NCBI GenBank assembly: GCA_964016885.1
Contig: OZ024743.1
Location: 242,606,001 to 242,670,000, forward strand
DNA length: 64,000 bases
Direction: 5' to 3'
Source: Eledone cirrhosa
Lineage: Eukaryota
Positions 42,698 to 56,870 of the stretch are shown here, one piece after another. Below the pieces are notes generated by a model. It worked only from the letters and a program-made list of their open reading frames with translations, made no database searches and had not been told where the DNA came from. Every line of letters begins with the position of its first letter. The stretch's first letter is position 1. The translations under genes were made by a program, and so were the position numbers.

Positions 42698-43724
42698 CCC
42701 CACACATACATACACACACACATATATATATACATACACACATACAAACATACACACACACACACACACACATATATATACACACATACACACACATATA
42801 TATACACACACACACACACACACATGCATATATATATATATATACACATACGCATACATCCAGATACCCACATACATACACACACACACACACACACGCA
42901 CACACAATACATACATCCACATGCACACACATACTCACACACACACACACACACATACATACACCCACACACAGAGAAATGGCCTTCAAATATATATATA
43001 TATATATACATACAGACACATATATTTTTTCCATAATATAAGAAGTTGGGGCAGTGAAATTAAAATAATTCTGTGTGCGCATATATATATAGATATACGT
43101 GTGTGCACGTGCAGGGTTTAACATGGATGTGTTGGTCACACAAAGGCATGGTCTGTCAATGAATAAACCTGATTCTACAGAATTGGTCTCTGGTCTTTAA
43201 TAGTAGTGATTCCGTGCGTATGTGTGTTTATATTTTATGACAATTCTATTGGGGTGATAACCCGTTTAGTTTTGGTTTAAATTTGTTAAGGAATAGATTT
43301 TCTTTGTTTATTCTTTGTTGTTGTGTGAACGAATCTGAGCACTTGTAGAAGGGGAAGATTTTAAAGTTGGGTAGTGTCATTCCAGCGCAGTTCGCAATAT
43401 GGCTGCTCAAGGGGATTATTTTAATTTCACGTTATTTAATTTCACTTTATTTAATTTCACTTTATTTAATTTCAACAGAATTATTTTAATTTCACTGCCC
43501 CAACTTCTTATATTATGGAAAAAATATATGTGTCTGTATGTATATATATATATATATATTTGAAGGCCATTTCTCTGTGTGTGGGTGTATGTATGTGTGT
43601 GTGTGTGTGTGTGAGTATGTGTGTGCATGTGGATGTATGTATTGTGTGTGCGTGTGTGTGTGTGTGTGTGTATGTATGTGGGTATCTGGATGTATGCGTA
43701 TGTGTATATATATATATATATGCA

Positions 43725-43757
<33 letters not shown>

Positions 43758-43847
43758 GTGTGTATATATATGTGTGTGTGTGTGTGTGTGTATGTTTGTA
43801 TGTGTGTATGTATATATATATATGTGTGTGTGTATGTATGTGTGGGG

Positions 43848-43945
<98 letters not shown>

Positions 43946-43976
43946 GTGTATCTGGATGTATGTGTATGTATATATA

Positions 43977-44043
<67 letters not shown>

Positions 44044-44104
44044 ATGTGTATATATGTGTGTGTGTGTGTGTATGTATATGTATGTGTGTGTGTATGTATG
44101 TGTG

Positions 44105-44145
<41 letters not shown>

Positions 44146-44601
44146 GTATGTGTATGTATGTGTGGATGAAGGTATGTGTGTGTATATTGCTTCCACCCCC
44201 TCACTGACCAGCAGCTGGCTATTGCTAAATCTGACCTTTATAAAATAACCCACACCCCAAATAACTTCTCATTCACTACCAGAAAGGGACACAGCAGTCA
44301 ACCTGTTGTTGCTACCTAGATGAAAACTGCTATGAAATCCCACAATGAATTTTATACTTGAATTTTCAAGTCTCAAATTTTAACTCTTCGTATTATTAAT
44401 TTTTCTTAATATTAATCAACATTTGAAAAGATGGCTTTTGCAGACCCATCGAAACCGGTCATTTTTTATACCCTTTATTATTTCCTTACCTTATAAAATT
44501 ATGTTTTTTCACAAAAAAGTATTCTGTCTCTTATATATTCCATGTGCCATTACCAACCTCAATTTTCTCTATAACCTTCGTTTTGTGTAGAAAATTACAC
44601 T

Positions 44602-44607
<6 letters not shown>
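41977..44607. mobile_element. Large PLE fold-back with ~1.1-kb arms
   Basis: Arms 41977-43074 and 43475-44570; spacer encodes a GIY-YIG-type C-terminus on minus (PLSSHIANC...FKIFPFYKC...KENLFLNKFKPKLN, 43246-43413); tail to 44607; (TA)n on both sides. Confidence 0.9.
44420..44464 (+). ncRNA. Degenerate hammerhead motif (mirror copy at ~42083-42127, minus)
   Basis: TTGAAAA-gatgg...ccatc-GAAA-ccgg-TC; core altered identically in both arms. Confidence 0.5.
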
Positions 44608-44632
<25 letters not shown>

Positions 44633-44713
44633 ACGAAGGAAGTGTGGTAAGGAACCAGGTGGACCATAACGCACGAGAGTAATAGGAAACTGTGTCGGGG
44701 TCCTGACTCTTTT

Positions 44714-44845
<132 letters not shown>

Positions 44846-45189
44846 ATAAATCATGTCCTTAGAATTATTAGATAAAATATATACCATTTCCTCTCCCAAT
44901 TACCATAATTAACCATATAAAAAATCAATTAGACCAGGTTATAAGAATAAATTAGACCAGATATACATATATATATACACACATATATATATATAATTTT
45001 CAATCAAATATATTTTTATTGTTTGACCCGAATTACTTGGTCGTTTCTTTGGCTGTGCGGATGTTTGTTTAACCATCGTCTCAGTGTGTTTGGCCTTTAA
45101 TGTATGTTGTAGCTCTGATTCACATCTCGCTCGCCACACATCTCGGAAGTTGTTTTTCGTTAATTCCTAAGCCGAAATACGATTCTCGC

Positions 45190-45297
<108 letters not shown>

Positions 45298-45646
45298 TTA
45301 TTCCGGGTTGAATCGGAGGTAACCACAGTAAGTAAGGTACTCAATACATAGCAGATTATAAAAGTTTTAATATAGAAGAGCTTCTACAGGACTAGAACTG
45401 TTTCATTCGTGTGTAAGTAGGCGAGTGTGTGAATGTGCTTGTCGACACCTGGAATATATATTAAGAGAAATTTCACAATAAGGGGAATCACCCCAACACT
45501 TGAATCTGTTGATGGAACACTCTCTGCCTTTGTCACCATCATTCCAGCCTTAAAGAATTAGCTTCTAAAGAATTTCTCTTTTCTTTAAACCATTGAACGC
45601 CACCCATCCTGTAGACACCTGTCTTACAGGCATTGTTAGTCTAAGT

Positions 45647-47923
45647 CAGGGGTCACCAAACTTTTTTCACAGTGGGCCGGATAACTGAAAGAATGACGAG
45701 CGCGGGCCGCATAATCATTCTGTTCAATACTTGCAAGCCAGATGGAAAGCTCTGGGAAAAAAGACGAAACACTACGTTTAGCATTCCATGTTAATCATGG
45801 GTGAGTGGCGTGCAATGCACAAAGAACAAAGACAACCAACATATTTATTTACTAACAAGTTATCAAAGAAGGCAACGTTAGCAAAAATATAGTTACATCA
45901 GACCTAGTGTGCACATATCGGAATCTTACAAACTAAGCAACAAAAAAAGGTTAGTGAGATTTGTGAAACTGACGTTTGGCTTTCAAGATATCATCAATGT
46001 TTGGTTTGGAATTGCTGCATCCAATCAAGATAATTGCTTTCAAATGTTCATCAGACAATCTCGTTCGATGTGTTGACTTGACATACTTCATTTTTGAAAA
46101 TGTTTGCTCACAGACATAAGTTGTTCCAAACAATGATGCCAAACCAGCGGCAAATTTCTTCAATTTCGGAAACTCAACATCAGGTAAGAAGCGGTAAAAT
46201 TCAACAACTTTTCCTTCTCTGTGCTTCTCTTTCAACAAGTCATTTGCTTGCAAATCAATGAGCTCCAACTGTAGTTCAACTGGCACATCATCAAGGTTAC
46301 AATCAAACGGATTCTGGAACAGAAGAATGTCACTCTCAATTCTGTCGAGCTCAGAAAATCTCTCCAAAAAATGCTTCTTCAAGTCTCGAATAATCTTTTT
46401 AGGAAAATCGAGGTTGACATCTTCAGCAATTGTAGCGCAAAACTCTTTGAAACAGTGAAAATGAGAGAAGTTTTCTCCTTCCAGTTGTGTTTCAAACAAT
46501 GACACCTTTCTCCGAAATCCTTTGATGATTCTGTAGAGATCACAGACGAGGTTATCCTTTCCCTGAAGGTTCAAGTTCAGTTCATTCATGTGGGATGTGA
46601 TGTCGACCAAAAATGACAACTTTGACAGCCAGGTAGGATCTGACAGCTGTGGATCAGCTCTATCTTTGTCAGTGAGAAAAACATCTATTTCGTTTCGGAG
46701 CTTGTAAAAACGAAACAGGACTTTACCGCAGCTGAGCCACCTCACTGCTGTGTGATAAGGCAAGTCACAGAAATCAGAATCGATTTCTTCAAGAAAAGCC
46801 TGGAACTGACGGTGATTGAGTGCATGTCCCCGAATGAAGTTCACAGCAGAAACGACTGGTTTCAGTACACAAGAAACATCCAAGTCTTCCCCCACAGAGT
46901 GCTTGCTGATGTATGATGCAGTGTATGAACAGAGCGCCCGGAATTTGCAAATCTTCCAACTGAGTCCTGATCTGCCCAACCAGACCCTTCCTCACTCCAG
47001 CCATGTTTTTCTCCATCAACTGTAACACCTCGAAGCTGATTCCACTGAAGGTTATAGTCTTGCAAAGTTTTCTGCACTTCTATGAAAATGTCTTTTCCAG
47101 TTGTTGTTCCATGCATGCAGCAAACGGATGCCAACTCTTCCGTTATCTGAAAGTCAAAATTGACACCACGAATGAACACGAGAAGTTGTGACGTACTCGA
47201 GAGATCAGTAGACTCATCCAGCGCCAGAGAATACCACAAGAAGTTCCTAGCTTTCTCGCGTATCTGTAGCACTATGTTCTCTCCAAGTTCTTCTGTTCTC
47301 CGCACGACTGAACTTGCCGAAAGGCTGATACTTCCAGACAAATCAGCTTTCACAGGACACAAGTCATTTGCTGCTTCCATCATACACTCTTTGATGAAGT
47401 TGCCATCAGTAAACGGTTTTCCTCGCTCTGTCAACGTATGCACTATTTTGTAACTTGTACGAGTGACAGATCCATTTTCAGCAAACTTTCTCGTGAAAAG
47501 ATTTTTTTGAGTTTCTAAACCACGTTTCATGGACTCATATTTCTCAGAGCGTAACTTTCCAGAAAACTTTGAATGTGTTGATAGATGTTTTGTTTCATAG
47601 TGGCGCCGAAGATTGTACTCTTTCAAAACGGCAACACTTTCGCTGCATACCACGCAACTAGCTTTCTGGTCCTTTGTTTTCACAAAGAAGTACTTTACTC
47701 CCCATTCTTCATTGAAAACCCGACACTCGGCGTCCACTTTTCTTTTCTTAGTAGCCATAATAAAGGGTGAAGAAAACGGGATCTGAAAATGAAAAAGACA
47801 TTGAATTAGAAACATCTCGTGTTCCATCCGTTTTATCACGCAAATGCAAGTACCGTCGGCGGGCCTGATGAACTGACGTCGTGGGCCTGATCCGGCCGGC
47901 GGGCCGTAGTTTGGTGACCCCTA
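45647..47923 (-). mobile_element. hAT DNA transposon, Buster/Charlie (SPIN/OC1-like) group
   Basis: TIRs CAGGGGTCACCAAACT / AGTTTGGTGACCCCTA; TSD GTCTAAGT with central TA (45639-45646 and 47924-47931); subterminal GGGCCG motifs. Confidence 0.95.
45951..47758 (-). pseudogene. hAT transposase with two frameshifts
   Basis: MATKKRKVDAECRVF start, BED-type zinc finger (CVVC...RRHYETKH), ALDES, TVDG, HCIIH, RWLS, CEQTFS; shifts near 47010 and 46890. Confidence 0.92.
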
Positions 47924-48126
47924 GTCTAAGTGATAAACTAGGATTGGTATTCCAAATATGATTTTGTTTACAGTATTCTTTCTGCCTTTGATAATACTAT
48001 AGCTTTAAAGAATTAGCTTTTAATGAACTCCCTTTTCTTTAAATCCTTCAACCAATGACCTCCACCCATCCCAATCCCCACCAGTAAAGAAAAGATATAA
48101 ATACCACTACTTACTTGGACAGCCAC

Positions 48127-48173
48127 CTCCCTGATGATTTCTCACGAATGAAACAGTTCTAGTCCTGTAGAAG
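48127..48173 (+). ncRNA. Hammerhead motif (family A)
   Basis: ctcc-CTGATGA-t-ttc-tcac-gaa-t-GAAA-cag-ttctagtc-ctg-TA-gaag. Confidence 0.65.
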
Positions 48174-48190
48174 CTCTTCTATATTAAAAC

Positions 48191-48221
<31 letters not shown>

Positions 48222-48285
48222 CTCTCCTATTTAAACTGTCCTTTGGTATTGAGTACTCATTTCAATTCCCTCAACATCCCACGAA

Positions 48286-48316
<31 letters not shown>

Positions 48317-48934
48317 ACGTGGGTGTGCATGTGTATATATAAGGAATGATGTGGGTGCCTGTGTATATGAGTGTATATATGGGTTTATGTATGTGTATGT
48401 GTATGTGTATGTGTGTATGTCTGTTTGTTAGTGTGTGTATGAGAATGAAAGATGCACTTGAAGGCAATACTGTATGTGCAATATTAGTAGATTTATATAG
48501 AAAGTCTAGTATTGCTAAAGGCTGGATGCAATAACTCTGGTGTATTGACACTTACATAGGGGATAGGAGATGAGAAGAAGGGAGAGAGAGAGTTAAAACG
48601 GGGAAGAGGAAAAGGTGAAGAGAAACTGACGATGAGTATTTTATTATGAATATGTTTGTGTGTACGTTTACGTATGTATGCGTGTGTGTGAAGTGTGTAT
48701 ATGTGAGTGTGTGTAATACCCGCGTAATATATCATCAATCAACGGGTGTCGGTAGGCTGAAGTGATGGCGTACAGTTGCAATGCGAGTGACCTCCCTTTG
48801 TGTGCAATAAATTCTGCACCTATTCATCTGCACCGGCACTTTAGGTGAAGTGTTATGTGGCAAAGGTACACTCCAGTAGTTCTTATTGACTCTACAGAAT
48901 CACAGTACAGATGTCTAACTAGCATTATATATGC

Positions 48935-49022
<88 letters not shown>

Positions 49023-49069
49023 GTATATATATATGTGTACATATATATATACATACATATATATGTATT

Positions 49070-49157
<88 letters not shown>

Positions 49158-49232
49158 TACACATATATATATACATATATATATATATACATAGATATAT
49201 AGGTCTATATATATACATATATATATATATAT

Positions 49233-50011
<779 letters not shown>

Positions 50012-50021
50012 TATATATATA

Positions 50022-50725
50022 TGAGAGTATTGAAGTTTGCTTGAAGCATTGTGGAATAATAAGGTAAATTTCTTTAAGTCGTTTGGAAGCCTCGACAATG
50101 CAGATGGGTAAATCTCCGGGTAACAAGATCCGGTGGTGGAGAGAGAGATGTAAGTGGGTGTACGTTGAGATGCGTGGCGTGTATAAGACTGTAACGTGTA
50201 GAGGAATGAAGCAAAGAGCGTAAAGAATAAAAATAAAAATAACAACACGAGAGAGTTACCTTGGGAGAGATTTAATTGTCCCTATATATTTCGGATTCAC
50301 ATCCATCAACTGGGGGTATTTTCCGGGGTGGGGGAAAGGTTGTCTGTTGGAAGGGTGCGAAACATGTCCTCCGCTGTTCGTTGTTTTGAATATCTGAGGT
50401 ATTCAGCAGAGCGCGCGTGCACGTGAAATGGGGTCGGTCAGGCAGATGTCAACCTTTCCCCCACCCCGGAAAATACCCCCAGTTGATGGATGTGAATCCG
50501 AAATATATAGGGACAATTAAATCTCTCCCAAGGTAACTCTCTCTCGTGTTGTTATTTTTATTTTTATCCTTTACGCTCTATCCTTCATTCCTCTACACGT
50601 CTTATACACACCACGCATCTCAACGTACACCCACTTACATCTCTCTCTCTCTACCACCGGATCCTGTTACCCGGAGATTTACCCATCTGCATTGTCGAGG
50701 CTTCCAAACGACTTAAAGAAATTTA

Positions 50726-50727
<2 letters not shown>
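50022..50727. mobile_element. Fold-back between (TA)n tracts with hammerhead-like motif
   Basis: Arms ~50063-50346 and ~50445-50727; ccc-CAGTTGA-t-gga-tgtgaa-tcc-GAAA-tata-TA-ggg at 50477-50512. Confidence 0.88.
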
Positions 50728-50792
<65 letters not shown>

Positions 50793-50951
50793 AAAAACGA
50801 ACACAGATATATACATATATGTGTTCAAATCGTAAGGGACCAGATTCGCTAAGGTGAAAACAATACTAACTATAGACAATAGGGTTTGCTAGACTCAATT
50901 TAAGAATAAATCAAGAAAATAAATATAAACTGGAATTGTGGTAACTACCAA

Positions 50952-51030
50952 TCACCCAGACAGCTTTGGTCAGCTGTTTCGCAAAATTAATTGTGAAGAG
51001 GAATACCGATTCTTGCTCATCAGTGAGTGA
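50952..51030 (-). ncRNA. Type I hammerhead ribozyme, left-arm copy
   Basis: Reverse complement of 51162-51240 with a U-G pair in stem I. Confidence 0.85.
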
Positions 51031-51161
51031 AACCTAGCTGCTATTTTTAGTGGTGTGAGTTTGTGAGACACGCTAAGTTCAGATACCATGTGCGTTATTA
51101 TATATATACGCACACTATTCAGTTTTTTAATATACTTAGAGGTGTCCAGGATACTAATTCT

Positions 51162-51240
51162 TCACCCACTGATGAGCAAGAATTGGTATTCCTCTTCACA
51201 ATTAATTTTGCGAAACAGCTGACCAAAGCTGTCTGGGTGA
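51162..51240 (+). ncRNA. Canonical type I hammerhead ribozyme
   Basis: tcaccca-CTGATGA-gcaa...ttgc-GAAA-cagct-gaccaa-agctg-TC-tgggtga; predicted cleavage after GUC at 51233. Confidence 0.92.
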
Positions 51241-51596
51241 TTGGTAGTTACCACAATTCCGGTTTGTATTTAGTTTCTTGATTTATTCTTAAATTGAGTC
51301 TGGCAAACCCTATTGTCCATAGTTAGTATTCTTTTCACCTTAGCGAATCTGGTCCCTTACGATTTGAACACACCCACCCAATAATTTTATTTTTCTCCCC
51401 AAACTACCAAAACACACATCTATTTGGATATGCGCTACAATTTATGTACATGTTTTATTTATCGCATATCGAAGGTTTTCTGACCCATTTTAGAGTGCAA
51501 AGAGCTAAACTAATCACTACAATCAAATTTTCCAAATTTGCGGCCCAACCAATTCAGGAATGCTTCCACCGCCCTTGTATATACGTGCATATATAT

Positions 51597-51758
51597 ATGG
51601 AAGAGGAAGACCAAGGTTAACGTATGTTGATGCCCTAAGGACAGACACTGGTCTGTTGGAGACGCAGGACATGGCAGCGATAATGAGGGGCAGAGACCGC
51701 TGGAGAGAACTCATCCATGGATCTCGGGAATTTTACCCGCCCTAGATAGATAGATAGA

Positions 51759-51760
<2 letters not shown>
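51597..51760 (+). mobile_element. LINE 3' fragment (RTE/RTEX-like) with (TAGA)n tail
   Basis: GRGRPRLTYVDALRTDTG...MRGRDRWRELI. Confidence 0.7.
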
Positions 51761-51804
<44 letters not shown>

Positions 51805-52191
51805 TTTTGCAAGATTTCTTATCTGAAAACGTGTGTTGGAACAGATATTGTTATACTTTGGGAGGGTCATGCTGCTAATAAAAACACACGCACCTTGGTT
51901 TTCACTTCAATTTATTATAAATTTTCGGTTGGTTGGTTCGATAACCGGAAAGTCGTTTATATATTTCTAAAGCTCTTTCATAACACATTCTGTGACCTCC
52001 TCAGTGACTAGGTTTTTATTTTGTGTCTCTCTCCTTTGTTCTGTCCTACACCATCTTTTTTTTTTAAATGAGAATTAACAGGTGCATCTCTTTTTATTGG
52101 CAGCATGACTCTCCCAAAGTATAACACTATATATATGTGTGTGTGTGTGTCTATATGTGTGTGTGTGTGTGTGTATCTGTGTGTGTGTGTG

Positions 52192-52285
<94 letters not shown>

Positions 52286-52475
52286 TGTGTGTGCGTGCGC
52301 GTGTGTGTGTGTGTGTGTGTACGTCAATACTCACATGTTTCCATTTCTCTGAGGGTTCTAAATCCCACTATCAGGCTAAAATATCTTTAGTCAAAAATGC
52401 GGCGAAAGCTTCTATTTCTAACTTCAAACTCGCTGGCTGTGTCAAAACATACTTACCATATATACATACATTATA

Positions 52476-52605
52476 TATGAGGATTTCTCCCCAATGAAAC
52501 AGTTCTAGTCCTACAGAAGCCATTTCTATATTAAATATTTATACTCTACTATGTATTGAGTACTTTACTTACTGTGGTTACCCCCGATTGAACCCGGGAT
52601 AAACA
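52476..52605 (+). mobile_element. Family A element copy, hammerhead decayed
   Basis: gatttctccccaatgaaacagttctagtcct...tactgtggttacccccgattgaacccgggat matches 18960-19092. Confidence 0.75.
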
Positions 52606-52655
52606 TATAAATATATATATATGTGTATGTATGTATACGTGTGTGTGGGGGTGAT

Positions 52656-52694
<39 letters not shown>

Positions 52695-53155
52695 AAAAAA
52701 GGAAAAGAATGACTTCACTTCTAGTTCTAAACAATTTAATTTAATTTTATGATATAATTTTACAATTTGGTTTTGTATATCTAGTAAGTTCTTTGTTAAC
52801 TTCGGTGGGGATATTTTTAAAGATTCCTGGTTAACTTTCCTGGAGAACTTTCTCGCATTCGTCGGTGGCGATTGTCAAACTGAGATCAGGTTGTGTTATA
52901 TATATTTCTCCGTTACGAGCCTCCTATTTTCCGCAGTTATTTCATTAATTCGTCGAAACTGCAGCCGACTGAGATCTGAAGAGCATATTTTAATGTTTGT
53001 GGCCTGTTGGCTTTCATCCATTCCTTTTTCCTCCTTCTTATCTTCTCTTCCTTCCTTCGAGTCAACTCACATCGAGCCGCAGCTTCGGCGGTATTTTGCT
53101 ATTCTAACAGCTTCCATACGCCGAGTTTTCCCATTTTCCTGAGAATATATATATA

Positions 53156-53206
53156 CTAGCTGAGGTACCCAGCTTCGCCAAGGTTAACAAATGATAAGAG
53201 AAAGCC

Positions 53207-53248
<42 letters not shown>

Positions 53249-54129
53249 CGTGTGTATGTATATATATGTGTATGTGTGTATATATATATATATATGTGTG
53301 TGTGTGTGCCTGTGTAAGTGTTCGTGTGTGTGCGTGTGTGTGTAATCTACCGTTGGAATCAGAGACATAGGCCGCGAAACACGATCATCACTGACAACGA
53401 ACTCGAGAGAGAATCCCTTATGGTTGATTCCCAACCTGCTAGAAATAGCAGTCATGTTGGTTAGCATACGTGGTATGTCTTTCTTCTTCTTTGGTGTTAT
53501 AAAATTAGTATCTATAAACTTTCCTGGATATACTCTTATCCCAATCCTGTACATACTTTCCGATTGTTACTTCGTTTTTTTTTCGTGTGATACCCGAAGG
53601 AACAACATCTCTCTTTTATATCTCTTTTATTTGTTCATTTAAAATATTTTTCAGCGAATTCTGTCGTACAATATACATCAGCAATCGTTATCTAATGTTT
53701 AAAACATGAATAGCTGCGATATGTGCACCATATCAATCAAAAACGATATGAGCACCAGTAAACTTGCTAAGAACCTACAGATAGAAATGTTAATAAATAC
53801 AACTTGGGTAAACTTTAAGATGTTCTTTCATTGAAAGTTTCTTTTCTCCTTCTCTCCTTCCTCTCCTCTTCCTTAGCTCACCCTAGAGCATCCTACATAC
53901 AATTGACCATGGTTTTCCCAGATGAACTTTGTTGATGGTAATCGCGAAGCTTAGTCTATCTGTTGCTCTAGTAACATTTTTCTTCTGGAAAATCTGATCT
54001 TGCGACCAGGCTAGGACTTTTTGGTTGACTTATCGGCATTAACAATGACGATAAGCCGTCTGTGCTTTCGTGAAATAAATACGTTCGTTTAAACTTTTTT
54101 ATTTTTTATATGCAAAAATATATGTACAC

Positions 54130-54182
<53 letters not shown>

Positions 54183-54558
54183 TAACAGATTAAAGTTTAA
54201 CCAAAGAATCTCTGCTTTCACCCTTTACGGGATCTTCTGATACTAAAGAAATCAATCTGTGAACGCAGAAGTAAATATTTCGAAAAACGTTGCAACCGAA
54301 AGAAAGCAGGAAGATGATAGTTTGGTTCGTGAAGACGTTAGGAATGTCGTATAACCGGAAGTGTTGACATTTGAAAATTTTAAAGAAGTGAATATTTAAA
54401 TAATGTCTTTAATCTTTTAACAAAATTCAGTAAACGAAAAAACCTCATTTTCTTACTTGGAAAAAGTTACATCTATGGTGCAAATTTGGTGCCATTTGGT
54501 CCAGCCGTTTGGCGGAAAGTTTGTTACTTACATACGGCCGTCAGCTTTATAGTATAGA
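53156..54558 (-). mobile_element. Non-autonomous Helitron with helicase remnant
   Basis: Minus strand starts TC and ends CTAG between A and T, with a GC-rich subterminal hairpin; PIF1-type motifs FAITINK (~53930-53950) and HGQLYVGCSRV (~53878-53910). Confidence 0.75.
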
Positions 54559-54577
54559 TATATATATATATATATAT

Positions 54578-54664
<87 letters not shown>

Positions 54665-54667
<3 letters not shown>

Positions 54668-54803
54668 CGAAGGAAATGTGGTAAGGAACCAGGTGGACCA
54701 TAACGCACCAAAGTACTCAATACTTAGGGTAGTAGAGTGGGTAATAGGAACCAGTAAGACCCCGACGGCTGAGCTCAAGCCGTTTCGACGGCTAATTCTG
54801 GAC

Positions 54804-54805
<2 letters not shown>
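54665..54805 (-). mobile_element. PLE-end family C with half hammerhead
   Basis: Minus strand GAAA-cggct-tgagctc-agccg-TC-ggggtc; related pieces at 39650-39700 and 44631-44715; all abut (TA)n. Confidence 0.65.
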
Positions 54806-54855
<50 letters not shown>

Positions 54856-55292
54856 TGTTTTGCAAGGTTTTTGATATATATTGGGAGTATATGTATTTAT
54901 ATATATGTATGTGTCTATAAATGTGAAAGCATATATGTCTCTTGTTTGTACATGTGTGTGTATGCGTTTGTGATTGAGCCTATATTGACAGGTTATTTTT
55001 GTCTTGGCGTGCGATTCCTTGCACATTTCTATGTGTGTGTATGTGTATGACTGGTCACAGGTTTTCAAGCATATGTGCATATGTATTCGTATATGTATGC
55101 GTTTTTGGTTTTATGAGTATTGATCTTGTCTGCACATGTGTGTGTATGTGTGTGTGCGTGTGTTGTGTGTTTGTGTGTATGTGTGTGTTTGTGTGTATGT
55201 GTATATGTGTGTGTGTGTGTGTTTGTTTGTGTGTGTGTGTTTGTGTGTGTGTGTGTATGTGCGTGTGTGGGGGGGGGGTATTTGTGCGTGCA

Positions 55293-55391
<99 letters not shown>

Positions 55392-55464
55392 AATAACTAT
55401 GTTTGGTGTAGAGACAAAGCTAAAATTCATTTGGAAATTAAAGAAAGAAAAATATTTTGAAACT

Positions 55465-55760
55465 ATAACAATAACAACAGCAACAACAACAGCAACAACA
55501 ATAACAACAACAATAACAACAACAATAACAACGGTGACAACAACTACTGCAACATCAGCAACTACAACAATAAGTGCTACAACAGTAACAATAACAACAG
55601 CAACAGCAACAACAGCAGCAATAGCAACAACAACTACAACAATAAAAATTGCAACAAAAACAACAACAAGAACAACAACAATATCGGAAATTCTTCGCTA
55701 CTAATACTAAGAGTAGCATCAATAACAATTGCAACAACAATAACTTCGCAAATACTACTA

Positions 55761-55810
<50 letters not shown>

Positions 55811-55970
55811 ACAACTACTAGTTCTACTATTTTTACAACTACTAATATTACTCCTGTTGCTACTACTACTACTGCTACTTTCACTATTACTACAACTACT
55901 ACTATTGTTGTTACTACTATTACTATTATTACTACAAGTGTTACTACTAGTGTTACTACTATTACTACTA
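55465..55970. repeat. Trinucleotide array (ACA/ACT/GCT)
   Basis: Direct reading. Confidence 0.9.
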
Positions 55971-56537
55971 ATAAAAACATTAACCAAAACAATGAGGCTT
56001 AACATTAATAATAGCTTCCACCATAAGAAATTGAACAACAATAAAAATGTTGAAGGAAAGAAAAAATAATAAAAATATAAAAAGAAATAAAACATTAAAA
56101 AAACATCTACCAATGAAAACATTGTCTAATAATTTGATAATTAATATTTCGTGGCCTATCCTATGGCTTCTCAAAACAAGGCATTTTTCTTATTGCAACC
56201 AATTTCTTTCTCTGTGTCTTATAGTCAATTGTAATATATAGCAGGCATCTTTTATTGGACGCCATTCATTAGAGTTCTCTCGTTCGTTTCCTGGTCCACT
56301 TTTCTACATCTCTTTCTACACAGTCACAATGTCGTCTGTATTCTGAGGCGGAAGATATTTATTCATACATTACATTACACTTCCAACACCACCAACACCC
56401 GGCTATGGCTGATAGCTTGATCGTCTGCTTGTCTATCTTATGTTTGTCTTTTCACTTTTTGTCTAACTTTTATCAACATTTATTATTCTATTTGACTGTC
56501 TGAATGTCTATCTTTTCCCTGAATATGTCGAGCCAAC

Positions 56538-56700
56538 TCAGACTTGCCAACCTCTAAAACCCCAAACGGGGAGAAATGAGGCAAAATGGGGAGATTTTAC
56601 ATAATGAAAGCTATACCCATTTTCACAAGAGAAGACATCTCTCACCCACCCCAAAGTGGGTGAAAGCTCTCCCGTCGGACGGCGAGAGTTGGCTTGTCTG
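56538..56700. mobile_element. Possible MITE
   Basis: Imperfect TIRs CAGACTTGCCAAC / GTTGGCTTGTCTG; no TSD seen. Confidence 0.45.
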
Positions 56701-56870
56701 GAGACTTCTGGTGTCCTTGGCCCTAGGAGCACCTCCGTACTCACCACTATCGGCACAGAGTTGGCTAGCCGCAGGTGTGAGCCACGCGAGCTGGAATGGC
56801 TCTTCCAGTGCGTCTCCCTCACCATCCTCCGAGGAAACGCTTTCTCTACTCTGTCTGCTGGGATCGCAGA
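56701..56870 (+). mobile_element. 3' fragment of a CRE-like non-LTR element (end of restriction-like endonuclease domain)
   Basis: ETSGVLGP...IGTELA...EPRELEWLFQCVSLTILRGNA resembles the ETxGxWG...LFQRLSxAIQRGNA terminus. Confidence 0.75.

Larger units (their letters stand above)
50820..51545. mobile_element. Fold-back with a canonical hammerhead in each arm
   Basis: Arms 50820-51031 and 51161-51371, then a tail whose end is approximate. Confidence 0.9.
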
